Part shown: positions 23,065 to 34,600 of the stretch, one piece after another
How the letters are laid out: the number at the start of each line of letters is the position of its first letter
Numbering within the stretch: the first letter of the stretch is position 1
Assembly: GCA_049999805.1 (NCBI GenBank)
Contig: JBNGIO010006373.1
Coordinates: forward strand, 561,779-625,778
DNA: 64,000 nucleotides
Reading direction: 5' to 3'
Source: Folioceros fuciformis
Lineage: Eukaryota
Notes under the pieces: model-generated
What the model was told of the DNA's origin: nothing
What the model saw: the letters and a program-made list of their open reading frames with translations, nothing else
Databases searched by the model: none
Translations under genes and position numbers: made by a program

Positions 23065-24942
23065 TCAGATATTTCCTTGCCGGTCACGAATCCCTGACTG
23101 CAATATGTTCCTCTTCCCCATTGTGGAAGGCAGCCGTTTGAGCCTTGATTCATTTCCGACATGCTTCAGCTCCCGAACCGAGAAGGTATGCACTAGTCCA
23201 TCCAGGTCTGTCCACCAGCTCTGCCCCGGCTGCTTCCATGCACCGATTCCTACTCTCCTCTCCTGCATTTCCAGTGCCTGCTCCCACATCTGGGCACCAG
23301 CGTATATGTTTGACATCATCACGTATGCGGCGGCATCCTTTTGATCCAGCTTCACTGCTTCGTTGAAAGCATGACGTCCCACCTCCACGTTGTTCCACTT
23401 TTGACAGGAACCCAAGAGAGTGCTCCATACTGCAGCATCAGGCGAAACAGGCATTGTCCTCACCAAATCCAGTGCATCATCTAGTAGGCCTGCACGACCC
23501 AAGACATCCACCATGCATGTGTAGTGGTCAACGGAGGGAGCGATCCTATAGCGTCCTCTCATCAACTCGAAGTACTCTCGCCCCTCCCCCACTAGACCCG
23601 TGTGACTGCAAACTGTTAGGACACTAAGGAAAGTGACGCTGTCTGGCAGTTTGCCATCCTCTATCATTCTCTGAACCAAGCCAAAAACCTGTTCACTGTG
23701 TCCTTGACAGGTGTATCCGGCAATCAGGGCATTCCAGGTAACAAGGTCTCTCTCAGGAAGCGCATCGAACACTAGCTGTGCATCAACCATGCTTCCTGAC
23801 TTTGTATACATGTTTATTAAACTGCTGGCCACAAAAACGTCAGCTAAAAGCCCCTGTTCTTTGATCTGTCCATGAAGCTGCCTTCCCAGATGCAAAGCTG
23901 CTACATTTGCACATGCCTGCAGGAGGCAAGCAAATGTGACAGCATCAGGCGCAGCCATGCCTTCTTCTTGCATAGCATTGTACAGGCGAAGGGCTGAGTG
24001 ACCCATGCCTTGCTGGGTATATCCTGCTATCATGGCATTCCATGTCACCACATCCTTCTCACCAAGTCCGTCGAACACGGTTCGGGCCTCGTCCAAGCTC
24101 CCACACTTTGCGTACATGTCCACCAGACAATTCCAAACAAACAAATGAGGCTCAACGCCATTACCCAACACATCAGCATGAACCTGCTGCCCAGTCTTCA
24201 AATCTGCTCCCCTTGCGCATGCCTGAAGGGCTGCCACATAAACATGGCCGTCTGCCTTCACGTTCGACTTGCGCATTTGATGGTACAGTTGTATTGCCTG
24301 CTTATCATGCCCCAGTTTAACAAGCGCAGACATTATGGCGGACCAGGTGTGGGCATCTGGCTTAGCAACCAAGTTGAACACAGTCCTAGCTTCTTGCAAC
24401 CTGCCATAAGAAGCATACATTCTCAAGAAGTGGTTGCACAAGAACGTATCCGACTCATATCCCCTCTTCACACTCAGAGCATGAACAATACGACCCATGG
24501 TCAGATCCTTCTTACGCACACATTCTTTCAGGACCGTCCAGAAGAGAGCTGTGCTGATATGACAATCTGTCTGCACAAGAACTTGCAAAGCCTCAATGGC
24601 CTCAGGTAGGTGCCCTTTCTCACATAGTTTGCTCACCATTTCAGGCGTTACGCCCCTTTCGTTTCCTTCAGGCCAGCCAGGGCCACTATCATCAGTCACT
24701 CTGCAATGAGACGTAAGGGACGCACGATTCGTCGGCATATCCACAACAGCCAGCTGCGCATCCACGCAAGCTGGCATGCAGAACTTGCCAACCCAGCGGA
24801 CATGAACTCTTCCTGGAATTTCTGCTAACCGACCAACTGGATGGGTCGGCAAAGCTTGCCCCCACCATGGATCCTGTTGCCCTGTGTGTCCAAGGCTCCA
24901 AACACCCATGGCTGGGAGCAGAGGTGGCGCGCAGAGAAACAT
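23065..24942 (-). CDS. PLS-class PPR protein #2 (E + truncated WW PG box)
   Basis: Same architecture; KQPGQSWWTDLDGLVHTF; first in-frame ATG at 24942. Confidence 0.93.
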   Translation of the reverse strand: MFLCAPPLLPAMGVWSLGHTGQQDPWWGQALPTHPVGRLAEIPGRVHVRWVGKFCMPACVDAQLAVVDMPTNRASLTSHCRVTDDSGPGWPEGNERGVTPEMVSKLCEKGHLPEAIEALQVLVQTDCHISTALFWTVLKECVRKKDLTMGRIVHALSVKRGYESDTFLCNHFLRMYASYGRLQEARTVFNLVAKPDAHTWSAIMSALVKLGHDKQAIQLYHQMRKSNVKADGHVYVAALQACARGADLKTGQQVHADVLGNGVEPHLFVWNCLVDMYAKCGSLDEARTVFDGLGEKDVVTWNAMIAGYTQQGMGHSALRLYNAMQEEGMAAPDAVTFACLLQACANVAALHLGRQLHGQIKEQGLLADVFVASSLINMYTKSGSMVDAQLVFDALPERDLVTWNALIAGYTCQGHSEQVFGLVQRMIEDGKLPDSVTFLSVLTVCSHTGLVGEGREYFELMRGRYRIAPSVDHYTCMVDVLGRAGLLDDALDLVRTMPVSPDAAVWSTLLGSCQKWNNVEVGRHAFNEAVKLDQKDAAAYVMMSNIYAGAQMWEQALEMQERRVGIGAWKQPGQSWWTDLDGLVHTFSVRELKHVGNESRLKRLPSTMGKRNILQSGIRDRQGNI

Positions 24943-25256
24943 GGAATGCAACAGCCGATCGGTCGATGGGCACAGGTCATTTCATGATCGCAGCAGGCGT
25001 CGCCGTATACTTTAGGCGCCGGATTCTTACGTATCACTTCGCCGGTATTCTGAACTCCAAAATCGATCTCTCCAGTGTCGAATTCAGGCTACGAGGTTCT
25101 ACTCAACTAGCATCTACGCAAGTGATCGTTGATGTGTAGATTGCGGCAAAGAAACAAACCGTAAATTCAGATCTCGAATAAATCGGTCAGAACGTTCACA
25201 TCGGTCGCAATTCGCTGGCTCGCTTCTGTGCTCACTGATGCCTTTCCGCTATGAGA

Positions 25257-28019
25257 TCAGTATGCCGCTGATGAGGCCAGATGGGCATGTTTAATCAAAT
25301 CTTCAGATGCATCGCTCTCCAAATGCTTCTTATCCCAAACAGAAAAAGTATGCACCAGTCCGTCCATATCTGTCCACCAGCTTTTGCCTGGCTCCTTCAA
25401 TGCACCGACCCCTAGTCTCCTCGCTTGTATGTCCTGTGCCTGCTCCCACATTTGGGAGCCGATGTATATGTTCGCCATTAGCACATACGCTGCGGAATCT
25501 TTCCTGTCCAGCTTCACTGCTTCATCGAAAGCATACCGTCCAATCTCGGTATTGCTCCATTTTTGACAAGCACCCAATAGAGTGCTCCATACCGCAGTAT
25601 CAGGTCGAACAGGCATTGCCCTTATCAAAGCTAATGATTTGTCTAGTTGTCCTGCACGGCCCAGGAGATCCACCATGCACGTATAGTGCTTCACTGTGGG
25701 GTGGATCCCATACCGCCTGCTCATAGCCTCGAAGTACTCTCGCCCCTTGGTAACCAGACCCGTATGACTGCATACTGTTAGTACACTGACGAATGCAAAA
25801 CTGTCCGGCAGTTTGCCATCCTCTTCCATTCTGTGGAACAAGTCGAAGACCATTTTGCTGTTCCCCTGACGGCTGTATCCTGCCATGAGTGCATTCCAGG
25901 CAACGACATCTTTTTCAGGCAATGTCTCGAACACCTGTTCTGCATCAGCCATGCTACTGCACTTTCCGTACATGTTAATCAAACTGCCGGCTACAATAAC
26001 ATCAGCTTGAAGGCCTTCGTCTTTGATCAGTTCATGGAGCTGCCGTCCCAGAGGCAAAGCTGCTACATTTGCACATGCCTGAAGCAGACAGACAAATGTC
26101 CAAGAATCTGGTGCAACCAAGCCTTCTTCTTGCATAGCCCTGTAAAGATAAAGGGCTTCCAACCCCATTCCCTTCTGAGAATATCCTGCTATCATGGCAT
26201 TCCATGTGACCACATCTTTCTCAGTAAGTCTGAGAAACACGTCGTGCGCACACTCTAGGCTGCCACACTTGGCATACATGTTTACCAAACCGTTGGCTAC
26301 AAATACATCCACTTCCAGTCCTTGTTCTCTGATTTGTGCATGAAGCTGCTTTCCCTGTTCCAAAGCTGGGCCACCGACACTTGCACAAGCCTGAAGTAAG
26401 CCAAGAAACATCACAGAGTTGGGTACAACTGCCTCTGGCATGGAACTGTAAAGACCAAGGGCTTCCTGGCCCATCCCCTGCTGGGAATATGCTGCAATCA
26501 TGGTACTCCATGTTACCACATTCTTGTGATCAAGACGGTTGAACACATTGCGAGCGTCCTCTAGCTTGCCACACTTCGCATACATGTTAACCAAACTGCT
26601 GGCCACAATAACATCGGCTAGATGTCCTCTTTCTCTGATTTCCGCGTGAAGCTGCTTCCCTTCCTCCAAAGCCAGAGCGCCTACACTTGCACACGCCTGC
26701 AGGAGGCATGCAAACGTCACAGAGTCAGGTGCAGCTATGCCTTCTTCTTGCATGCAGCTGTAAAGGCGAAGGGATTCCTGGCCCATGTCATGCTGGGAAT
26801 ACCCCGCTATCAGAGTAGTCCATGTCACCACATTCTTGTCTACAAGCCCATCAAACACTCTTCGGGCATCTTCCAAGCTGCCACATTTTGCATACATGTT
26901 TACCAAGCTATTCCCTACGAACACATCAGCTCCATGTCCTTGTTCTCTAATTTGCCCATGAAGATCCTTCCCCCTCTCCAAAGCCGGGCTACCCAGACTG
27001 GCGCAGGCCTGCAAGAGGGACACGAATGTCACAGAACTGGGTGCGACCATGCCTTCATTTCGCATAACCGTGTATAGACGAAGAGCTTCCTGCCCCCTCC
27101 CCTGTTGGGAATATCCCGCTATCATGGCACTCCAGGTCACGACATTCTTTTCACTAAGTCCGTCAAAGACCCTTTGAGCATCTTCCAGGCTCCCACATTT
27201 GGCATACATGTCGACTACGCAATTCCAAACAAATAGATTTGGCTCAACTCCACTACCCAGCATGTCTGCATGTACCTGCTGCCCACATTTCAAGAGTCCC
27301 ATCCTTGCACAAGCACTGAGGGCCGCCACAAACACATGCCCATCTGGCTTCACACCTGATCTGCGCATCTCATGATACAGTTGTATGGCTTGATTGTCCT
27401 TCCCGTGCTTAACCTGAGCAGAAATTATGGCCGACCATGTGAAGGCATCTGGCTTTGAGACCATACTGAACACATCCATGGCTTCTTGCAACCGGCCATG
27501 AGAAGCATACATTCGCAGGAAATGGTTGCACAAGAACGTGTCCGATTCGTAACCTCTCTTCACTGTTAGCGCATGAATGCGCCGACCCAGATGCAAATTC
27601 TTCCTCCTCACACATTCTTTCAGAACCGCGTAGAAAAGGGATGTGGAAAGACAATTGTCCGAGTGCACCAGAACTCCCAGAGCCTCAATGGCGTCTGTGA
27701 GCTGCCCTCGGTCACACAGCTCGATGACTGTTTCAGCCTGGACCTCCATTCCATATCCTGCAGACCAGGGAGGGCCAACATCAGCCGGCACTGTCCATTT
27801 CGATGTAGCAAGATGACAATCCCCTTGGATGTCCATAACGGCATCCACCCACGATGAGTCGCTGCAAGTCACGCCTCCAGGCAGACATCCTGTTCGACGG
27901 GACAGCGTCCTTCGTCCAATATTGCTGCACCTGGCGCCTGTGTCGTTTGCCAGAGATGGAGTCAGATGAGCGGGAGATTCTCCACTACAACGGAAAAACC
28001 CGACCCTCGACACAATCAT
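25257..28019 (-). CDS. PLS-class PPR protein #3 (E + truncated WW PG box), 920 aa
   Basis: Four YAKCG-type modules; KEPGKSWWTDMDGLVHTF. Confidence 0.93.
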   Translation of the reverse strand: MIVSRVGFFRCSGESPAHLTPSLANDTGARCSNIGRRTLSRRTGCLPGGVTCSDSSWVDAVMDIQGDCHLATSKWTVPADVGPPWSAGYGMEVQAETVIELCDRGQLTDAIEALGVLVHSDNCLSTSLFYAVLKECVRRKNLHLGRRIHALTVKRGYESDTFLCNHFLRMYASHGRLQEAMDVFSMVSKPDAFTWSAIISAQVKHGKDNQAIQLYHEMRRSGVKPDGHVFVAALSACARMGLLKCGQQVHADMLGSGVEPNLFVWNCVVDMYAKCGSLEDAQRVFDGLSEKNVVTWSAMIAGYSQQGRGQEALRLYTVMRNEGMVAPSSVTFVSLLQACASLGSPALERGKDLHGQIREQGHGADVFVGNSLVNMYAKCGSLEDARRVFDGLVDKNVVTWTTLIAGYSQHDMGQESLRLYSCMQEEGIAAPDSVTFACLLQACASVGALALEEGKQLHAEIRERGHLADVIVASSLVNMYAKCGKLEDARNVFNRLDHKNVVTWSTMIAAYSQQGMGQEALGLYSSMPEAVVPNSVMFLGLLQACASVGGPALEQGKQLHAQIREQGLEVDVFVANGLVNMYAKCGSLECAHDVFLRLTEKDVVTWNAMIAGYSQKGMGLEALYLYRAMQEEGLVAPDSWTFVCLLQACANVAALPLGRQLHELIKDEGLQADVIVAGSLINMYGKCSSMADAEQVFETLPEKDVVAWNALMAGYSRQGNSKMVFDLFHRMEEDGKLPDSFAFVSVLTVCSHTGLVTKGREYFEAMSRRYGIHPTVKHYTCMVDLLGRAGQLDKSLALIRAMPVRPDTAVWSTLLGACQKWSNTEIGRYAFDEAVKLDRKDSAAYVLMANIYIGSQMWEQAQDIQARRLGVGALKEPGKSWWTDMDGLVHTFSVWDKKHLESDASEDLIKHAHLASSAAY

Positions 28020-28397
28020 GGCTCACACAGTCATCGCCGCCGCAGCTTCCTCAGGAATGCGACTGTCCGAGTATTTAACACATTTTTGGTTCAAGGTTCC
28101 CTGGGCTCTTTGTTGCACAGAGTTTGAGCGTGGTCAGGATGTCGCGTGATCTCTGCCTCACAGCACGAGGGCCGCGGCATGGCTTACCTCCCGAGGCCTG
28201 GTTTGGAGCAGCAGATACTTGGACCGTTCTTGCGTTCTTTGTCCACATGCAAGATCTGATCAGAGCCAAGTGTTAGGAAGATTCACAGGACGTCTAGCAA
28301 GTCCTGCTAACCTTGTCATCACATTGGTCCGCACTCCGTTGGTCGGTTTCCGGATGTCCATGTTTCATCATCCTTTCCTGACGGCTCTTTCAGCCTT

Positions 28398-31157
28398 CTA
28401 CTCACTCCCAAGATGCTTCGTATCGCCAACCGAAAAACTGTTCACCAGACCGTCCATGTCTGTCCACCAGCTCTGGCCTCGCTGCTTCCTAGCCCCAATT
28501 CCGATTCTTCTACCCTGTATCTCCCGTGCCTGCTCCCACATCTGGGCACCAGCATATACGTTGGACATCAACACATATGCTGCGGCATCTTTCTCGTCAA
28601 GCTTCAATGCCTCAGCAAAGGCAAGGAGTCCTATCTCCAGATTGCTCCACTTTTGGCAAGCACCCAAGAGAGTGTGCCAAGTAGACGCGTTAGGCGGCAC
28701 CGGCATGGTCTTGATCAAGGACAGTGACTCCTCCAGTCGGCCAGCACGGCCCAAGAGATCCACCATGCATGTGTAATGCTCAACCGTGGGCCTGATTCCA
28801 TGGTGCCTACTCATGGCGTCAAAGTACTCCTGGCCCTTCTCTAATAAACCCGTATGACTGCATACTGTTAATAAACACAGGAACGTGATGCTGTCTGGCT
28901 GGATGCCATCCACTATCATTGTCCGAATCAGGTCGAAGACTATTTCACTTCGTCCCTGAGATGTGTACCCTGCAATCAGCGCACTCCAGATGACGACATT
29001 TCTTTCAGGCAACGCATCGAAGACATGCTGTGCATCAACCATGCTGCCCGACTTGGCATACATGTTTATCAAACTGCTGGCTATGAAGAGATCATCTTGG
29101 AGCCCTTGTTCTTTAATGTGTGCATGAATCTGCCTCCCAAGCTGCAAAGCGGCCACATTAGCACATACCTGGAGGAGGCATGCAAATGTCACAGAGTCTG
29201 GTGTGATGATACCCTCGTCTTGCATGTTGAGATACAGACGAAGGGCTTCCTCACCCATGCCCTGCTGGGAGTACCCTGTTATCATAGCGGTCCAAGTCAC
29301 CACATCTTTCTGACCCAATTCATCAAAGACACTCCCGGCTTCCTCTAGGCTGCCACACTTTGTATACATGTCTACCAAGCAATTGCCTACAAACGCATCA
29401 GTTTGAAGTCCACATTGCCTAATTTGTGCATGAAGCTGCTTCCCCTGCCCCAAAGCTGAAGTACCCACAGTTCCACAGGCCTGTAGGAGGCAAATAAATG
29501 TCACAGAAGTAGGCACAACAGTGCCTTCTTCCATAGCACTGTAAAGATCAAGTGCGTCCTGCCCCATGCCCTTCTGCACATACCCTGCTATCATGGCATT
29601 CCACGTTACCACATCTTTTTCACCAAGTCTGTCAAACACCAGTTGCGCGTCTCTCAAGCTCCCACACTTTGCATACATGTTGACCAAACTGTTGGCTACA
29701 GACAAATCCGCTTGATGTCCACGCTCTCGAAGTTGTACATGAAGCTGCTTTCCTGTCTCCAAAGCCTCCATTCCCACATTCGCACATGCCTGGAGGAGGC
29801 ACACAAAAGTGACAGAATCAGGTGCGCTCATACCTTCTTCTTGCATTCTGCTGTAAAGAAGGAGGGCTTCCTGGCCCATGCCCTGGTGTGAATATCCTGC
29901 CATTAACGTAGTCCAGGTCACCACATTTTTTTGACCAAGTTGGTCAAACACTCTTCGAGCATCCTCCAAGTTGCCACACTTTGCGTACATGTTTATCAAA
30001 CTGTTGCCTACATACACATCTGTATCATGCCCTCGTTCTCTTATTTGTGCATGCAGCTGCTTTGCCCTCTCCAAAGCCCGGGTACCCACGCAAGCACATG
30101 CCTGCAGGAGAGACACAAACGTCACAGAGTTCGGTTCTACAATACCTTCCTCCTCCATAACGCTGTACAGATGAAGGGCTTCCTCCCCCATGCCGTGCTG
30201 GGAGTATCCTGCTATAATGGTACTCCATGTCACCACATCTTTCTCATCTCCAAGTCCATCAAAGACTCTTCGAGCATCTTCCAAGCTACCACATTTTGCA
30301 TACATGTCCACCAAGCAATTCCAAACAAACAACGTAGGCCTAACGTCACCAACCAAAATATCAGCATGTATCTGCTGACCAGATATCAAGTCTCCCTTCC
30401 GAGCACAAGCCTGAAGGGCTGCTACAAACACATACCCATCAGGCGTCACATCGGACCTGCGCATTCGATGATACAGTTGTATGGCCAACTTATCCTGTCC
30501 TTGTTTAACATGGGCGAAGATTATGGCTGACCATGTGAAGACATCTGGTTTGGCAACCTTGTCGAACACATCCATAGCTTCCTGCAGTCCCGCACGAGAC
30601 CCATACATGCGAACGATCTGGGTGCACAGGAACGTGTCCGACTCGTACCCCTTTTTCACAGTAAGAGCGTGAACACGGCGGCCCAGAGGCAGATCCTTCT
30701 GAGCCAAACATTCTTTAAGGACCGCATAAACTAGGGACTTGGAAACAGGACAGTCTTTGCGCACCAGAACTCCCAGAGCCTCGACAGCAGCAGTGACCTG
30801 CCTTAGCTTACATAGTTCGTTCACAGTTTCAGCCTTGACATCTTTTCCGTACCCTGCAGGCCAGAGATGGTTCTCGTCATCCACCACGGTCCATTTGGAG
30901 GACAGGGCAGCACAACCGATCTGCATATCCAAAGCCATCCACCTGAGACGGCTTGGACTATGTTTAGCCCAAAGACCTCTTAGTTTCCGTAAGCCCGAAG
31001 TCTGGCAAACGAGAGCTCCTCTAGCTTTTCTCATGCTCCATAGAAATCGATCGGCAAGATCCGTCTCCAACCAAACCGGTTGTCTTACAAAGACGCGACC
31101 TCTTCCTTTGCCAACGATTGGTGCATTGGAATGAGATGGGCAGGATCTTCTTCCCAT
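28398..31157 (-). CDS. PLS-class PPR protein #4 (E + truncated WW PG box); start uncertain
   Basis: Four modules; KQRGQSWWTDMDG; first in-frame ATG at 31157, while the paralog-equivalent ATG at 31230 is out of frame. Confidence 0.88.
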   Translation of the reverse strand: MGRRSCPSHSNAPIVGKGRGRVFVRQPVWLETDLADRFLWSMRKARGALVCQTSGLRKLRGLWAKHSPSRLRWMALDMQIGCAALSSKWTVVDDENHLWPAGYGKDVKAETVNELCKLRQVTAAVEALGVLVRKDCPVSKSLVYAVLKECLAQKDLPLGRRVHALTVKKGYESDTFLCTQIVRMYGSRAGLQEAMDVFDKVAKPDVFTWSAIIFAHVKQGQDKLAIQLYHRMRRSDVTPDGYVFVAALQACARKGDLISGQQIHADILVGDVRPTLFVWNCLVDMYAKCGSLEDARRVFDGLGDEKDVVTWSTIIAGYSQHGMGEEALHLYSVMEEEGIVEPNSVTFVSLLQACACVGTRALERAKQLHAQIRERGHDTDVYVGNSLINMYAKCGNLEDARRVFDQLGQKNVVTWTTLMAGYSHQGMGQEALLLYSRMQEEGMSAPDSVTFVCLLQACANVGMEALETGKQLHVQLRERGHQADLSVANSLVNMYAKCGSLRDAQLVFDRLGEKDVVTWNAMIAGYVQKGMGQDALDLYSAMEEGTVVPTSVTFICLLQACGTVGTSALGQGKQLHAQIRQCGLQTDAFVGNCLVDMYTKCGSLEEAGSVFDELGQKDVVTWTAMITGYSQQGMGEEALRLYLNMQDEGIITPDSVTFACLLQVCANVAALQLGRQIHAHIKEQGLQDDLFIASSLINMYAKSGSMVDAQHVFDALPERNVVIWSALIAGYTSQGRSEIVFDLIRTMIVDGIQPDSITFLCLLTVCSHTGLLEKGQEYFDAMSRHHGIRPTVEHYTCMVDLLGRAGRLEESLSLIKTMPVPPNASTWHTLLGACQKWSNLEIGLLAFAEALKLDEKDAAAYVLMSNVYAGAQMWEQAREIQGRRIGIGARKQRGQSWWTDMDGLVNSFSVGDTKHLGSE

Positions 31158-31322
31158 GCATCCACCACTGTGTCGAATGCGAAGGTAGTATCCCCACAAC
31201 CGGTCCGGTTTCCGTGCTCCAAATGGCCATGACAATAATTGGCCGATACCAAATACCGAAGACGGTCACCATTCGGACGCGTCGCGTTCTTCAAAATCCG
31301 ATCCTTCAAACGTGTGTTGTCC

Positions 31323-31689
31323 CATTCGAGGCTGCAAGAAGCTATGGATGTGCTCCACAAGGTGGACAGATCAAATGCCTTCACATCGTCTGATACATCC
31401 GATGATAATCACGGACAGGATAAGGTGACAGTGTATCATCAGATCTCCACGAAGCCTGATGCCTTGTGAAAGGGGGGCGGACGTGGGACAGACTTGAAAT
31501 CTAGCGCTCATGGTCTCGTTGGTGATGTTGATAAACCTTCATCTACTTGGTAGACATGCATGCAACATGTGGCAGCTAGGAAATGCGAAGACTGTTTGAC
31601 GGACTTGGAGATGAAAAGGATGTGGTCACATGGAGTTGCATGATCGCAGATACCCCCAGTAAGAAGGGGTACGAGTCGGACAAGTTCCT
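31323..31689 (+). pseudogene. Inverted, degenerate PPR gene fragment
   Basis: Plus-strand pieces HSRLQEAMDVLHKVD..AFT, RRLFDGLGDEKDVVTWSCMIA and KKGYESDKFL are homologous to the N-terminal repeats of the minus-strand PPR genes. Confidence 0.85.
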
Positions 31690-34600
31690 ACCCACGACAA
31701 CAAAAGCTATGCACCAGTCCGTCCATGTCTGTCCACCAGCTCTGCCCAGGCTGTTTCCATGCCCCAATTCCTTTCCTCCTTGCCTGCATCTTCCGTGCCT
31801 GCTCCCACATTTCAGCACCTGCATATATGCTCGACATCAACACAAATGCAGCGGCATCATTTTTGTCCAGCTTCAATGCCTCGTCAAATGCACGGAGTCC
31901 GACCTCCACATTGCTCCACGTTCGACATGCACCCAATAGGGTGTGCCAGACTGGCGCATTGGGCACTACAGGCAACGACCTTACCAAAGCCAACGATTCA
32001 TCCAGTCGGCCTTGACGACCCAAAAGATCCACCATGCAGGTGTAGTGCTCCACTGTGGGAGTGATGCCATAGTGTCTGGTCATCACTTCAAAGTACTCTT
32101 GTCCTTTTTCTAGTAGTCCTGTATGACTGCATACTGTTAGTACACTGAGGAACGTGATGCTGTCTGGCTGTATGCCATCCACGGTCATAAGCTGAAACAA
32201 GTCAAACACCTTTTCACTTTGTCCTTGGCAGGTGTATCCAGCAATCAGTGCACTCCAAATGACCACGTCTCTTCGTGGCAATGCATCAAACACCTGCTGT
32301 GCATCCACCATGCTTCCCGACTTTGAGTACATGTCTATCAAACTGCTGGCTACAGACAAATCTAGTTCGAGTCCCTGTTCTTTTATCTCTGCATGGAGCT
32401 GCCTTCCCAAATGCAAAGCAGCAACACTTGCACATGCCTGCAGGAGGCACACAAATGTCACAGAATCGGGTGTGACGGTGCCTTCTGCTTGCATGGCGAG
32501 GTACAATCGAATGGCTTCCTGATTCAAGCCCTGGTGGGAATATCCTGCTATCAAAGCAGTCCATGTCACCACATTCTTCTCAAGGAGAATATCGAACACG
32601 CCCTGAGCATCCTTGAGGCTGCCACACTTTGCATACATATTCACCAAACTGCTGGCTACGACTGCATCAGTCTGAAGTCCACGTTCTTTAATTTGGCCAT
32701 GCAGCTGCTTCCCCTTCTCCAGAGCCAGTGCGCCTACGCTTACACAAGCTTGTAGGAGGCACACAAATGTCACAGAATCCAGTCCAGCCGTGCCCCCTTC
32801 TTCCATAGCACTGTGGAGATGAAGGGCTTCCTGGCCCATCCCCTGCTGGGAGTACCCTGCTATCAGAGTAGTCCAAGTCACCACATCCTTCGAATCTAGG
32901 CCATCAAACACTCTTTGAGCATCTTCCAAGCAGCCACACTTTGCGTACATGTTTATTAAACTGTTGTCTATTAACACATCAGCTTGATGCCCTAGCTTTT
33001 TAAGTTGTGCATGAAGATGTCTTCCCTTCTCTAAGGCTGGGGAACCGACAGATGCACATGCCTGCAGGAGGCACGGAAATGCCACCGAAGCAGGTATAGA
33101 AGTGCCTTCGTCTTGCAGAGCCCTGTAAAGATGAAGTGCTGCTTCTAAGCTGCCACATTTAGCGTACATGGTAAGAAGGCTGCTCACTACAAGCGCTTCA
33201 GTCTGAAGTCCTTGTTCTCTGATTTGTGCATGCAGTTGCTTACCCGTCTCCCACGCTCCAGCCCCTATGCTTGCACATGCCTGCAGGAGACATACAAACG
33301 TCACAGAATTGGGGACTGCCATGCCTTCATTGGCCATGGTCCTGAAAAGCCAAAGAGCTTCCTGGCCCAAACCCTTGTGGGAATATCCTGCTATCATGGC
33401 ATTCCACGTCACGACTTCTTTCTGAGGAAGTTTATCAAACACGACGCGAGCATCCTCTATGCTGCCACATTTTGCATACATGTCCACCAAACTGCTGGCC
33501 ACACACACATCCGCCTCAAATCCTTGCTCTCTGATTTGTGCATGAAACTCCTTTCCTGTTTCCAAAGCCAGGGGTCCCACACTCCCACATGCCTGAAGAA
33601 TGCCAACAAATGTGACGGAATTTGGCGCAATCTTACCCTCTCCTTCCATAATCCGGTAGAGATGAAGGGCCTCAAGCCCCAAACCCTGCTGAGAGTAGCC
33701 TGCTATCATCGCACTCCAGGTCACCACATTTTTCTGACCCAGCCCATCAAACACAACCCGAGCATCCTCTAAGCTGCCACACTTTGCATACATATTTACC
33801 AAGCTGCTGCCTACAAATACATTGGCCTGAAGTCCTCGTTCTCTTATTTGTGCGTGAAGCTCCTCCCCTTTCTCCAAACCCAGGGTGCCAGCACTCGCAC
33901 ATGCCTGCAGGAGGCACGCAAATGTCACAGAATCAGGCTCAGCCATGCCTCCTTGCATAACACTGTACAGATTAAGCGCTTCCTTGCCCATGCCTTGCTG
34001 AGAATACCCTGCTATCATGGCATTCCACGTTACCACATCTTTTTCACCAAGACAGTCAAACACTTTCTGAGCGTCTGCCAAGCTGCCGCACTTTGCATAC
34101 ATGTCTACCAAACAGTTCCAGACAACCAAATGATGCTCAACTCCAGTGGCTAGCAAATCAGAGTGAACTTGCTGCCCAGTTTTCAGGTCTCCATGCTTGG
34201 CACAGGCCTGAAGGGCTGCCACAAATACATGGCCATCTGCCTTGACACTTGACTTGCGCATCCTGTGGTACAGTTCTATAGCTTGCTTACCTTGTCCCTG
34301 TTCAACATGTGCAGAAATTATGGCAGACCATGTGAAAGCATCTGGCCTGGCGACCATGTTGAATACATCTATGGCTTCTTGTAATTTGGCATGAGAAGCA
34401 TACATTCGAAGAATGTGGTTGCACAGAAACGTGTCCGACTCACGCCCATTCTTTAGGCTTAGAGCATGAACTCGGCGACCCAAAAGCAGATCCTTCGTAG
34501 TCAGACATTGCTTCAGGACCGTGTAGAAGTCAGATTGGGAAACATGAAAGCCTGTCCGCACCAGAACTCCCAGAGCCTCAACGGCCTCAGCGAGTTGCCC

